Below are positions 21,339-30,377 of a stretch of DNA of 64,000 nt, one piece after another; the first letter of the stretch is position 1; each line of letters opens with the position of its first letter. The notes beneath the pieces were generated by a model, which was not told where the DNA came from, made no database searches, and saw only the letters and a program-made list of their open reading frames with translations. The stretch is from the IMG/VR virus record IMGVR_UViG_3300029309_000010, positions 21,137-85,136 of that record. One strand, given 5' to 3'. The translations under genes were made by a program, and so were the position numbers. This DNA is from a virus.

Positions 21339-21743
21339 TCAACTTATAGAGCCACTAGCGTTTAGAGATAAAATTGAGTTCCCATGCTTTGTAAAAGAAA
21401 TGTGGCTTATCTTATTATGATCTAAGTCTATACCAGTGGTATCGAGACTATTTGCGATGAGTATTTTATCTGAATAGTAAGAGAATGTTTTATTTGTAAA
21501 ATCATGATGGATCTCTAAATTGAATGGTTCTCCACTTCTATAGCCACCAAAAAAATTTCCACTTTGATCAAATAAATAACCCTCTTTACCAGAAAAAGAT
21601 ATTAAATTAGATGTTTTTAAAGTAGAGCTGTCCAGACCAGTGCTCAATATACTAAATTCAAAACCACTCTCAGGTGAATCCACAGTCAAATCAATATTGT
21701 AGATACAGTTTTCATATTCTGGCAGATTTCCAGTTGTAATCAT
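21339..21743 (-). CDS. Small virion structural protein
   Basis: Operon context; strongly [S/T]G-rich. Confidence 0.45.
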   Translation of the reverse strand: MITTGNLPEYENCIYNIDLTVDSPESGFEFSILSTGLDSSTLKTSNLISFSGKEGYLFDQSGNFFGGYRSGEPFNLEIHHDFTNKTFSYYSDKILIANSLDTTGIDLDHNKISHISFTKHGNSILSLNASGSIS

Positions 21744-22591
21744 GTTATTATCGGGAAATAGTAAGAAAAACTAACTACTGTATTATCGTCTAAAGATGTT
21801 GATTCATCAACTGATTCTAAACAGCAGCCGCTTGTAACGAAGTCTATGACAGATTCATCATCTGTATTTTTCAAATCAATTGTGATTACCCCGCTTTCAC
21901 AAATTAAACTAGAGATATCCACACCTGTAACTTTATTCTTTACCACATCAAAATTTAAACTTCCTTGAGCTGGCATAATAGGATATCTAAATCTAGGAGT
22001 TCTTGTTCCCATTCTTGTGACAGGTTCTCTTTCTATAGAGGTCGAAATGCTAAAGCTCTGTATATTTAAACTAGATGAAGAAATTCCTTCTTTTCCATTT
22101 GTAGATGTCGTTATTTCTATATCTTCAGGTCTAAAAAAACCATCAAAGTCATCTGTCGATTGATCATCTTGTGTTAAAGCGCCAGCGTCTGTAAAGGATG
22201 CTGCATCACCCTCATATGTAGTTGAACCTCTAACTAAATCTCCAACTGATCCATTTATTTCATAAGAAGTTAATGAAGCTTTAGGTATTGTTGTTACTCC
22301 AACATTATCTTTTATTTTAAATTCAAAAAAACCTGTAGATAAAAAACCTGAATCTTGATTTTGATAGGAATATGTTGGGTCAATACCAGTAGCTCCAGTT
22401 GATACAATTAAATCATAACTTAATGTAGTTGATTGATTAGAAGTAAGAACTCTATCTACAATATGAGCAGCTCCCAGTCTAGGTATATCAACTAAAGATT
22501 TATTAGTAGAAATATTAGCTGATGAAATTGCGGGTATTCGCTGATCATTTACGAAAAGCTGAATATCACTGGAATGAACCCTATCTGCCAT
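21740..22591 (-). CDS. Tail tube-like protein (paralog of 22659..24032)
   Basis: Shares RPED(I/V), QS.SI....R.P...G and LDDN motifs with the adjacent major tail protein. Confidence 0.6.
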   Translation of the reverse strand: MADRVHSSDIQLFVNDQRIPAISSANISTNKSLVDIPRLGAAHIVDRVLTSNQSTTLSYDLIVSTGATGIDPTYSYQNQDSGFLSTGFFEFKIKDNVGVTTIPKASLTSYEINGSVGDLVRGSTTYEGDAASFTDAGALTQDDQSTDDFDGFFRPEDIEITTSTNGKEGISSSSLNIQSFSISTSIEREPVTRMGTRTPRFRYPIMPAQGSLNFDVVKNKVTGVDISSLICESGVITIDLKNTDDESVIDFVTSGCCLESVDESTSLDDNTVVSFSYYFPIIT

Positions 22592-22605
22592 ACTTTACTT
22601 TACAC

Positions 22606-22636
22606 AAAAAAGCCCCGCATTTCTGCGAGGCTTTTT
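22606..22636. terminator. Rho-independent terminator after the major tail gene
   Basis: aaaaaAGCC-CCGCA ttt(c) TGCG-A-GGCT tttt hairpin flanked by A and T runs. Confidence 0.7.
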
Positions 22637-22658
22637 GTGAGATACATTAGATTCAATA

Positions 22659-24032
22659 CTAGCTGCCATCGGCAGAAGAGTATTGACCCTTGCTAGGATC
22701 ATCAGCAGCTTGATTTTTGACATAGTAATATCCTCTTTCGAAGTTCTTACCTCCAAAGCTACCTCCTGCTGTTGTGCCATAATGATCAGGAAGAGTAGTA
22801 GCTCCCCCATTGGTGCAAGCACCTGAATAAAAGAATCCTTGATCAGTTTGGTTATCTCCACCAATTTGAGTAGAGAAGGTAAGTTCAATAGTTTCATTAT
22901 CATCAAGACCTTGAGCGAATCCTTGTGAATCCATAACAGCTTTTTGCATAATATACCTATGCTTATCAGCTCCATCTTCGCCTTTGACATTTAATGTAAT
23001 ATTGGTTGTCTCGTTTCCAGCAGCACCTGTCAAAATTTTATCAACTTGTCCTTCACTGAAATTTTTCAGTAATGCGCTAACTGACATTGTAACATTGATT
23101 GGAAAGTCCAGAGGCTTGGCTACAGCTTTAGCAGAACCAAGAGCTTCAATTGGAGTCCTTGAAAGAGGGACTTCGATAGAAGCACTTTGAACATGCATGT
23201 CGCCTAAATCAGTTCCACCAAAAGTAAACTCTTCATCACTGAAGCTAAGAGTCACATCTTCTGGACGAAGAACTAAAACATTCATATTACCAGTGCTGGG
23301 GACACCAAGCAAAAGCTGACCAGTATCAGCCCTACCACCACCTTTATTTAAGGATGGGTTGTAAATTCCAGAGTTTCCAGTTTGAAAGGCGATGTTTTCA
23401 GCTGTTCCTTCAATATCAACTCTTGGGATTTCTCCAACAGCAAAATTGACCGTATAACTCTCAAAGTTGCAGTTTCCTAAAGCAACAACGTCTTGAGAAC
23501 GCATTTCCGCAGTTGTGAATACTCCAGTAGGATCATTAATAAAAGATCCATTACAAACACCTTCATTACCCAGAGGCCCACTCTGGGTGGTTCCTGCTGT
23601 CGCAAAGGCGTCTTTTCCTTCTGCGTTTGTCAGAACAAACAAATTCTTTTCTCTTTTGTCTGGATCTTCCGCAAGAATACCAGAAATAAACTGATCTGCT
23701 AAGACATTCGCTCCTGCAATTCCCTCTGTATTGAACCCTAAATTGAATTCATTTTCCCCATCACCTAAGAAATAGCCAAGTGAAAAAGAAGGATTTAAAT
23801 CACCAAGCGTGATTGTTCCGATTCGTGCTAACTGACCAAATTCTCTTATATCTTGCCGTCCACCAGCAATATCAATATCAAAAGAAAAATTGTCTACACG
23901 ATGAAGTTGAGGCGGTTTAACTCCCGATTGAGCTTGGAGGCCCGCAGGTAAGTCACCAATTAGGCCAGTGTTTGAGACATATACCGCTTTGCTTTGAGAG
24001 ATTACTCTCGTTCTAGATTGATTAGAAGCCAT
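22659..24032 (-). CDS. Major tail tube protein
   Basis: Position after the neck genes, 'RQDIREFGQL' and 'LSRTPIEALGS' tube-type motifs, a doubled GTGTAA motif upstream and its own terminator. Confidence 0.7.
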   Translation of the reverse strand: MASNQSRTRVISQSKAVYVSNTGLIGDLPAGLQAQSGVKPPQLHRVDNFSFDIDIAGGRQDIREFGQLARIGTITLGDLNPSFSLGYFLGDGENEFNLGFNTEGIAGANVLADQFISGILAEDPDKREKNLFVLTNAEGKDAFATAGTTQSGPLGNEGVCNGSFINDPTGVFTTAEMRSQDVVALGNCNFESYTVNFAVGEIPRVDIEGTAENIAFQTGNSGIYNPSLNKGGGRADTGQLLLGVPSTGNMNVLVLRPEDVTLSFSDEEFTFGGTDLGDMHVQSASIEVPLSRTPIEALGSAKAVAKPLDFPINVTMSVSALLKNFSEGQVDKILTGAAGNETTNITLNVKGEDGADKHRYIMQKAVMDSQGFAQGLDDNETIELTFSTQIGGDNQTDQGFFYSGACTNGGATTLPDHYGTTAGGSFGGKNFERGYYYVKNQAADDPSKGQYSSADGS

Positions 24033-24078
24033 ATTAATTTATGTTTAAAGTGAAATGTTTACACTTTCTTACACAAAT

Positions 24079-24963
24079 TTAAAGTCTAGGGAAACGATAA
24101 GTGCATAATTCAAAGTCTAAATATCCTATTGAAATGTTCTTATTTAGATTTTCTCTAATTCTTTCTGATACTATTTTTGAAGCATCAACTCTTTTAATAT
24201 GAGATTTTGTTGGGCTTGCCTGATTTGAAACCAAAGTGTCATAACTGTAAGGATAGTCTTTTATAGAAAAAGAAAATCCATATGGAAAACTCTCATAGGG
24301 GATATGGGTCATATCTTCCCTAACCGTATCTCTAAATAATGACAAAACTGAATCTAGAGTATAATTATCGAAAGATAAAACCATTACTCTAACCATTGTT
24401 CTAGTATCTTCCTCTCCTCCAAAAGAAAATTCAGTATTATCTGAAGATGCTAAAGATATAAAACAAGCAGGTAAAAAATACGTTGTTTCATCATATTCAC
24501 TTGTTTTACCATATTGATATGGCAAAGCTGTAGCACTATCTTTAAAATCAGAGTGAATTATGATTTGTGCATCAGTGTCATTTGTTATGTAAGTATTAAC
24601 TTCTTTTACAGTAGAATTAGCTGTTAAAGGATTGCTTGCAATATCAACACCTGATTCTTGTGGGAATATTAATCTTCCGTTTTCATAATCCGTCAAGACT
24701 CCTCCATTAGAATCAGAGTCTCCTGTAATAAAATGGTCGCCTAGAAAAAATCCAGAATTTGGGTTATCGACATTATATTCACCAACTAAAGATCTATATT
24801 TACCCTGAAACGCAATATGACTTGATGGTATGTCAGGAAACGAACCAGAAGTAAAAGCATTATCTAAATTAATCTCATAGGCTTTTGACCTATCATTTAG
24901 TAGTTTGTTTTCAAACCATAGATAAAAGCTTGATAAAATATTTTGATCAAATTGTGATTTCAT
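24079..24963 (-). CDS. Probable tail terminator/neck protein
   Basis: Synteny (directly upstream of the tube gene) and the 'LPACFI' motif. Confidence 0.45.
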   Translation of the reverse strand: MKSQFDQNILSSFYLWFENKLLNDRSKAYEINLDNAFTSGSFPDIPSSHIAFQGKYRSLVGEYNVDNPNSGFFLGDHFITGDSDSNGGVLTDYENGRLIFPQESGVDIASNPLTANSTVKEVNTYITNDTDAQIIIHSDFKDSATALPYQYGKTSEYDETTYFLPACFISLASSDNTEFSFGGEEDTRTMVRVMVLSFDNYTLDSVLSLFRDTVREDMTHIPYESFPYGFSFSIKDYPYSYDTLVSNQASPTKSHIKRVDASKIVSERIRENLNKNISIGYLDFELCTYRFPRL

Positions 24964-25601
24964 CTATCCAACTTTAGCAATTTAGTTTTAAACTCTTTTA
25001 ATAATTTATTAATATATGGAGTTCTAGTAAAAGTTACACCAGAAGACCTACTTTTGACTTGTATACCTGTTCCAGCTCTTGATTGACCGAAACCAGTAGA
25101 ACTAAATAAGTATTGTCCTAAGTTTGTCAATCCCCCATCCTCAACACTTTTAACCCAACTTTTTCCTGTCATCCAAGGAATTGGAGTTAATCCATATATC
25201 TCTTCAATACTCGGAATAAAAAAAGTTACCACATATAGACCAGCATTGTTTCTCCTTCTGACTTTAAATCTTATTTTTTGATTAAATATTTCAGATATAA
25301 CATTAGTTGGATCATCACTTGAGGAAAACCCTATGAAAGAAAAAAGGTTTCCATACCCACCCAAAGTTCCACTAGTATTGCTTGCTCTTGGCCCAGCGTT
25401 TAGCTCTACTGTTATAGGATGGGCTTTAAATTGCTGAACTAATTCTTTTTGTCTTTGTTCTATTTTAGGCTCTATGACTCCTCTAATAGCCATAGCCATG
25501 CTTCTACTATTCGGTGAATCAACAGTTAATTCTCTGAGAAGCTCTTTGGCATTAATTGTTACTACTGGTCTTGATACAGATATAAAATTTTTTTTAGCCA
25601 T
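24960..25601 (-). CDS. Probable neck/tail completion protein
   Basis: Synteny; basic C-terminus 'FTRTPYINKLL'. Confidence 0.4.
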   Translation of the reverse strand: MAKKNFISVSRPVVTINAKELLRELTVDSPNSRSMAMAIRGVIEPKIEQRQKELVQQFKAHPITVELNAGPRASNTSGTLGGYGNLFSFIGFSSSDDPTNVISEIFNQKIRFKVRRRNNAGLYVVTFFIPSIEEIYGLTPIPWMTGKSWVKSVEDGGLTNLGQYLFSSTGFGQSRAGTGIQVKSRSSGVTFTRTPYINKLLKEFKTKLLKLDR

Positions 25602-26047
25602 TAGTTCTCACGTTTTAAAAATATAGAATAAAACTGAGCATCAAATGGGCCTATAACTTTAGCATCTCCATCAACAATAAATAATTCTTCATCAACCTCT
25701 ATTCTAGAACAAATTTTTATCTTTTCGTATGCGTCAGATTTTACTTTGATCCTTATTTGACCTTCTGACCCAATAAGATTCATTTGACCATTTCCATCAA
25801 TAATATCCTCTTTTTGCTCATTTTTATAAAAAATACGAGCACTAAAAGAATGTCTTGTTAATGTTTCCTCTGAGGAAATCTTAGATACATTTTTATTTCT
25901 TCCGTAAAGTGGATTGAAATTTAACTCAGCTGGAACGCTACTAGCCTCCTTTACATAAACATATATTGTTCTTGCAAAAGTATCATGAACATCATTCAAT
26001 GCTGCATTTATAGCTGTCTTTTCAGCATCTGTTAATAATGAAGCCAT
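25601..26047 (-). CDS. Probable head-closure (stopper) protein
   Basis: Synteny and a beta-rich pattern; start placed at MASLL. Confidence 0.45.
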   Translation of the reverse strand: MASLLTDAEKTAINAALNDVHDTFARTIYVYVKEASSVPAELNFNPLYGRNKNVSKISSEETLTRHSFSARIFYKNEQKEDIIDGNGQMNLIGSEGQIRIKVKSDAYEKIKICSRIEVDEELFIVDGDAKVIGPFDAQFYSIFLKREN

Positions 26048-26048
26048 T

Positions 26049-26543
26049 TTATGTGAGCTTTCCTGACAAGGTAAATGTTCCGTCAATACCTGCTACTTGA
26101 ACGGGGGAAGATTTTTGATAGTTATATTGAAATACAAGGCTATCTAATCTTTTCGAGGTTTCCTCAGATAACTCTCTATATGTCTTAGCAACAGAATTTT
26201 TATTTTGCCTTTGGATTGTAGTATCACCTTCTTTCAAGGTAACCCAGTCCACAGAATCAGAGTAAGTAAAAGATCTTAAAGATTCTCTAGCTGATTTTTG
26301 ATAATACCACAGCTCATAAAGGGTAGTAAAAATATTCTTCTCTATAGGAGCCATGCCTGAATCTGTTCCCTCTAGAACTATAGCTCCAGTGCTATTTACC
26401 TGAAAATGTTCATGAGTTAATCCATTTAGCTCACCAATATTTGTTTCCAACCATCCTGATACAAAACCTATATTATAGTTTCCAGTATCATTAGGAAAAT
26501 CAAATGTTACTATTTCATCAGCTAAACTACCCAAGTCATTCAT
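26049..26543 (-). CDS. Probable head-tail adaptor
   Basis: Synteny; 'TLKEGDTTI' resembles the adaptor S/T.k.GD.s motif. Confidence 0.45.
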   Translation of the reverse strand: MNDLGSLADEIVTFDFPNDTGNYNIGFVSGWLETNIGELNGLTHEHFQVNSTGAIVLEGTDSGMAPIEKNIFTTLYELWYYQKSARESLRSFTYSDSVDWVTLKEGDTTIQRQNKNSVAKTYRELSEETSKRLDSLVFQYNYQKSSPVQVAGIDGTFTLSGKLT

Positions 26544-26546
26544 TAT

Positions 26547-26984
26547 TTAAAAACCTTCTTTAAATAACTTTACAGTAGATTCGTAATCTGGGGAACTTGG
26601 ATCTAAAATTGGTTTAGCAGAACCCTGAACAGTGACGTTGTGTTTTTGCACATAAAAGTCAAAAGATTTCATTAAAGACTTCCTAAGTAGGTGCATATTC
26701 CTTTCTCTTGGAATACCTACTCTTGCAGCCAAATCTGTGAGATCTGAAGCCGCCATGCTCTCAAGCTTTGTCTTAAATATATCTCTATGTAATGTTCCAT
26801 ATGGGTTCATTCTAGGCATCCCCAAAAGATCTTCCAGCTCTTTAACTTTCTCAATTTCTTTCTCTTTTTTACTGCGATCCTTGCCATCAGTAACATCAAA
26901 TTCTTCTAAATGCTTTTTTTCAACACCCTTTGATACTGGCATTTCAGGAGTTGCTTTTTTCTTTGATGGTTTCTTCTTACTCAT
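26547..26984 (-). CDS. Hypothetical protein downstream of major capsid
   Basis: 145-aa ORF in the operon. Confidence 0.6.
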   Translation of the reverse strand: MSKKKPSKKKATPEMPVSKGVEKKHLEEFDVTDGKDRSKKEKEIEKVKELEDLLGMPRMNPYGTLHRDIFKTKLESMAASDLTDLAARVGIPRERNMHLLRKSLMKSFDFYVQKHNVTVQGSAKPILDPSSPDYESTVKLFKEGF

Positions 26985-27018
26985 ATTAGATAATATGTAA
27001 AAGTGTTAAAATATCAAT

Positions 27019-27053
27019 AAAAAAGAGCCGCCCCTTTCGAGGCGGCTCTCTTT
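27019..27053 (-). terminator. Rho-independent terminator after major capsid gene
   Basis: AGAGCCGCC...GGCGGCTCT stem with a U-run on the minus strand. Confidence 0.8.
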
Positions 27054-27071
27054 ATGAGTAGCGTAAGCTGA

Positions 27072-28208
27072 TTACACAGCCAAGCCAACCAGAGCCTTAT
27101 TGTTGATACAAATACGACCCTCTTCGACTTTACCGTAGTAACCAATCTTGTTCTGACGAACAGAGAACTGATCATCGACAAGAACTTGCAGCTCAGAAGG
27201 CGATCCCTCGCCAACAACCACAGGACGGATAAGAGCTTCCTTAGCGCGATCAACACCGATGAGAATCTCATCAGCTGCTTGCGAGAAGGTTCCGCCGCCA
27301 CCACCAGCGACTGTAGCTCCCTCAGAAGTAACAACTGCTGCGAACAGCTTGTTGAACCTCTGGTTAACTCCCATTTCATTAACCTCAGTGATGTTAATTC
27401 CATAGAAGCTTGGAAGACCAGCTGCGCTGAAAAGCTCTTGACGAAGAGCCTCTGGTGCCATCTGCCCATCAGCAGGAGTTCCACCCGCAGGGGCAGCAGC
27501 CGTGTTGATTGGGTTGTAAGCCATTGCACGAAGCTCCTCAGTCATTTCTGGAGAGACCAGAAGGTCAGTAATTCCAGACTTGATGCCACCAACAGGGGTG
27601 CCACCGCTGAACGAGCTATTCATGCGCTTACTAAGCGTGATTAAGTTATTGAAGTCTGCAAGGACAAAACGATTCTCCGTGTCAGAAGCGATAATGCTTC
27701 CACCAGCGGTAGATCCAGTTCCAGTTCCCTTGACCAGAGCGGTCGCAAGGACGTTGAAAGCGGTAGTCGTTTGCTTAAGTAAAACTTCTTGAGCCATCCG
27801 AGTAAAGGTCTTGCTAACAACGTCAAGACGCGCCTTACGGACATACTTGCGATCAAACGCAAGAGCACTGTCCAAGTTGTAAGTCGTGAACTTAAGCTCG
27901 TTGTGAGCAGGAAACACTTGACTGTAAGGAAGGCCACCAGCAACCTGCTGAGAATACACCTCGATGTAGTCCTCATCAGTAATGTCGTGGAAAAGATCCA
28001 AAGGCAAGGATGGGTTATCATCTTCACCATAAGAAATCGTGGTATACAGATTTCCAATGGTAGGAGCGTTATTGATAACTTCAGACACTACAGGTCCAAG
28101 CAGTTCTGCAACTGCCGCCTGTGCCTCATAAGCCTCTTCACGATTATTAGATCCCATAGCTCTGATAAGAGCCAACTGATCTTCAGTTCTTTTAATTGTG
28201 ATTTTCAT
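27072..28208 (-). CDS. Major capsid protein (HK97 fold)
   Basis: 378 aa following the scaffold and decoration genes. Contains 'LLVSPE', 'YGINI' and 'IGYYGKVEEGRICINNKALVGL'. Codon use is GC-richer and there is a strong terminator. Confidence 0.85.
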   Translation of the reverse strand: MKITIKRTEDQLALIRAMGSNNREEAYEAQAAVAELLGPVVSEVINNAPTIGNLYTTISYGEDDNPSLPLDLFHDITDEDYIEVYSQQVAGGLPYSQVFPAHNELKFTTYNLDSALAFDRKYVRKARLDVVSKTFTRMAQEVLLKQTTTAFNVLATALVKGTGTGSTAGGSIIASDTENRFVLADFNNLITLSKRMNSSFSGGTPVGGIKSGITDLLVSPEMTEELRAMAYNPINTAAAPAGGTPADGQMAPEALRQELFSAAGLPSFYGINITEVNEMGVNQRFNKLFAAVVTSEGATVAGGGGGTFSQAADEILIGVDRAKEALIRPVVVGEGSPSELQVLVDDQFSVRQNKIGYYGKVEEGRICINNKALVGLAV

Positions 28209-28220
28209 GATCGTAAAATA

Positions 28221-28850
28221 TTAGCAGCGTAGTTTAAGAATTGCGTAAGCACCAGCGAATGCATCAGTAGTGCCTCCTTGTGATTCCCTCAAGCCAGTGG
28301 CAATGAAGGTTCCAATAGAATGTGCGTGATGAACATGATGGTTTGCTGCTGTATCAGCAAGACCAGTGATAGTTCCGTCAACTGCTGGCATAGCATGAGA
28401 GTTGATCGCAGGAGCAACTCCGTTTGAAAGACCTTTTACGTTAATCGTAAACAGACCCCGAGTTGCCACGGGGACGGCCTCTCCAGATACAACAGCCTGA
28501 AGCTCTTCTTTTTTCTGAGGATAATACAAAAGATTCTCCCCATTTTCATCTTTGTTGCGAACATCGCGCAACATGATTCCCAACGCCTTGACGCCAGCAC
28601 CTGTATCATCACATTTGGTAACCTTATAGGGAACCTCTGGATACAGCGAAAGCGCTTTAGCTTGCACGTTAAGGAAGGAATCAGAATCCCCCCGCTCAAC
28701 ATACTTGACAGGATCATCAGTAAGATTAGCAGCACTAATCTTAACGACAGTTCCCGCCGCGCCCGTTTCATCATCGAGAGAATAGAAGTTGATAACATCA
28801 TTCTCGTCGTATTGACGAAACGGCAGTAAACGTGTAATTTCGTTAGCCAT
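28221..28850 (-). CDS. Probable capsid decoration/cement protein
   Basis: Lies between scaffold and MCP; 'ALGIML' and 'GEAVPVATRGLF' fit a beta-tulip decoration pattern. Confidence 0.55.
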   Translation of the reverse strand: MANEITRLLPFRQYDENDVINFYSLDDETGAAGTVVKISAANLTDDPVKYVERGDSDSFLNVQAKALSLYPEVPYKVTKCDDTGAGVKALGIMLRDVRNKDENGENLLYYPQKKEELQAVVSGEAVPVATRGLFTINVKGLSNGVAPAINSHAMPAVDGTITGLADTAANHHVHHAHSIGTFIATGLRESQGGTTDAFAGAYAILKLRC

Positions 28851-28866
28851 AATTTGTTTTAGTTAG

Positions 28867-30369
28867 TTAGTTAGTAACTTCTACAGAGAAGTTCTTCTTG
28901 AGTCTCTCGACAAAAGAAATCTGTTCGCTTGCGTCAGCATTGTTGTTGGGAATAGAGGCTTCTGCCTCCTCTGCCTCAACTTCAAGCTCTTCTTCACAAC
29001 ACTCTTCTTCTTCAGCTGCCTCTTCTTCGCCACCCTCTTCAGGATCACGGCTAGCTACAGCTTCATCAATGCGAGCTTTAATCTCAGCCTCTTGAGCTTC
29101 GATATTGCTTTTAAGCTTATGTGCAAAAATGACCTCAAGCTTTTCCTTATAGGAATTAAAATCTTCTTCAGAAGAACCGAGTCCTTTCACTTCAGCAGTA
29201 ACCAGAGCGAGTTCTTTCTCGTTCAGGTCGTAGTCGCTGTCGATGAAGTTCATGCGATCATTAAAGAGATCAACCGCAGCTTTAGCTTCGACTTCATTCT
29301 TAAGAGCATCTAGTTCTTCTTTTGTTTCCTTAAAAGAGCTTTTAAGCTCCTCAAGCTCTGCCTCGGCATTAGCCTTGGCTTCCTGCTCAACTTTAATCTT
29401 GGAGGTCCAAGACTCGTTGTGCTGGACGAGAGTATCACGAATGCTCTCGCCCACCGATTTAGCCTCAGAGTCCTCCTTCACAGCGGAAGCAACACTCTTA
29501 GTTAACTTAGTAATAAGTTCTTCGAATTGTTCGTTATCCATATTAAAAATGTTTTTTAATTTGTCTGACTTTACATTAATATTAGCGTTTCGGGAAATTT
29601 TTTCTAATTTTTTATTATTAGATTCATCTTCCTCAACATATATACCCTTCACAGCAGCAGCAGGGTTTCTAGTTAACGCTGCTCCTAGAGGGAATGTTTT
29701 GCCTACAATTAATCTGTTAACAGGGTTACCTTTAGGGTCTACGCCCTTACCACCTAAACCCCTGATATATTGTTTTAGGTCTTCTTTTTCGGCACCCGTT
29801 GCAATGGTTGAATCTTCTAAAAACTTTGATCCAACGGCGACCTCAAATTCTTTGAATGCCAACTCCCAACTTGTCGATATGCTTTGATATGATTGATCGT
29901 CTTCTTCTGAAGCTGCAACAATCGCATCAGCAAGTTTTGGGTAAACAGATTTATAAATTAAACCTGCTGCATTCATAAAGAATGGCTCCTTCTTGTCGGC
30001 AAAGGATTCAATATCGTTATTTTTAAAGTCAAACTCTCGTTCTGAGAAGGACGCATTAATCATGTGGCCGACGATCTTATCTTTTTTATGCTCAATATTA
30101 ATTGGCTTATTGATAAATCTTTTTATAGCAGCTATAGCAGTCTTTGCATCAATGCCATCGCCATTTTTGTTGAACTCATTAACTTTTGCTAAGTTAAAAA
30201 CAACTGGCAATACATCAATATTCTGATCTGGATCGAAATCATCTGGAAGCAAGTTAGCTGCCGTCTCTTGAATATTACCTTGAGACAGGCCAAATGATTC
30301 AAACTCCTCGTCTTTTATCTTTCTTACCGAGGCTTCAAATTGGCAAATTTTAAAATCATCCAATGACAT
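28867..30369 (-). CDS. Prohead protease fused to coiled-coil scaffold
   Basis: 'NKNGDG', 'KPINIEH..IVGH', 'SWEL' and 'GAALTRNPAA', followed by an acidic coiled-coil C-terminus. Confidence 0.8.
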   Translation of the reverse strand: MSLDDFKICQFEASVRKIKDEEFESFGLSQGNIQETAANLLPDDFDPDQNIDVLPVVFNLAKVNEFNKNGDGIDAKTAIAAIKRFINKPINIEHKKDKIVGHMINASFSEREFDFKNNDIESFADKKEPFFMNAAGLIYKSVYPKLADAIVAASEEDDQSYQSISTSWELAFKEFEVAVGSKFLEDSTIATGAEKEDLKQYIRGLGGKGVDPKGNPVNRLIVGKTFPLGAALTRNPAAAVKGIYVEEDESNNKKLEKISRNANINVKSDKLKNIFNMDNEQFEELITKLTKSVASAVKEDSEAKSVGESIRDTLVQHNESWTSKIKVEQEAKANAEAELEELKSSFKETKEELDALKNEVEAKAAVDLFNDRMNFIDSDYDLNEKELALVTAEVKGLGSSEEDFNSYKEKLEVIFAHKLKSNIEAQEAEIKARIDEAVASRDPEEGGEEEAAEEEECCEEELEVEAEEAEASIPNNNADASEQISFVERLKKNFSVEVTN

Positions 30370-30377
30370 ACTTTTTC

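Noticed and set aside
27014-29887. Alternative-frame and antisense ORFs over the capsid and scaffold genes (e.g. 27014..27529, 27186..27644, 29243..29887)
   Set aside because: Shadow ORFs expected from the biased codon usage of highly expressed genes; no motifs or expression signals.
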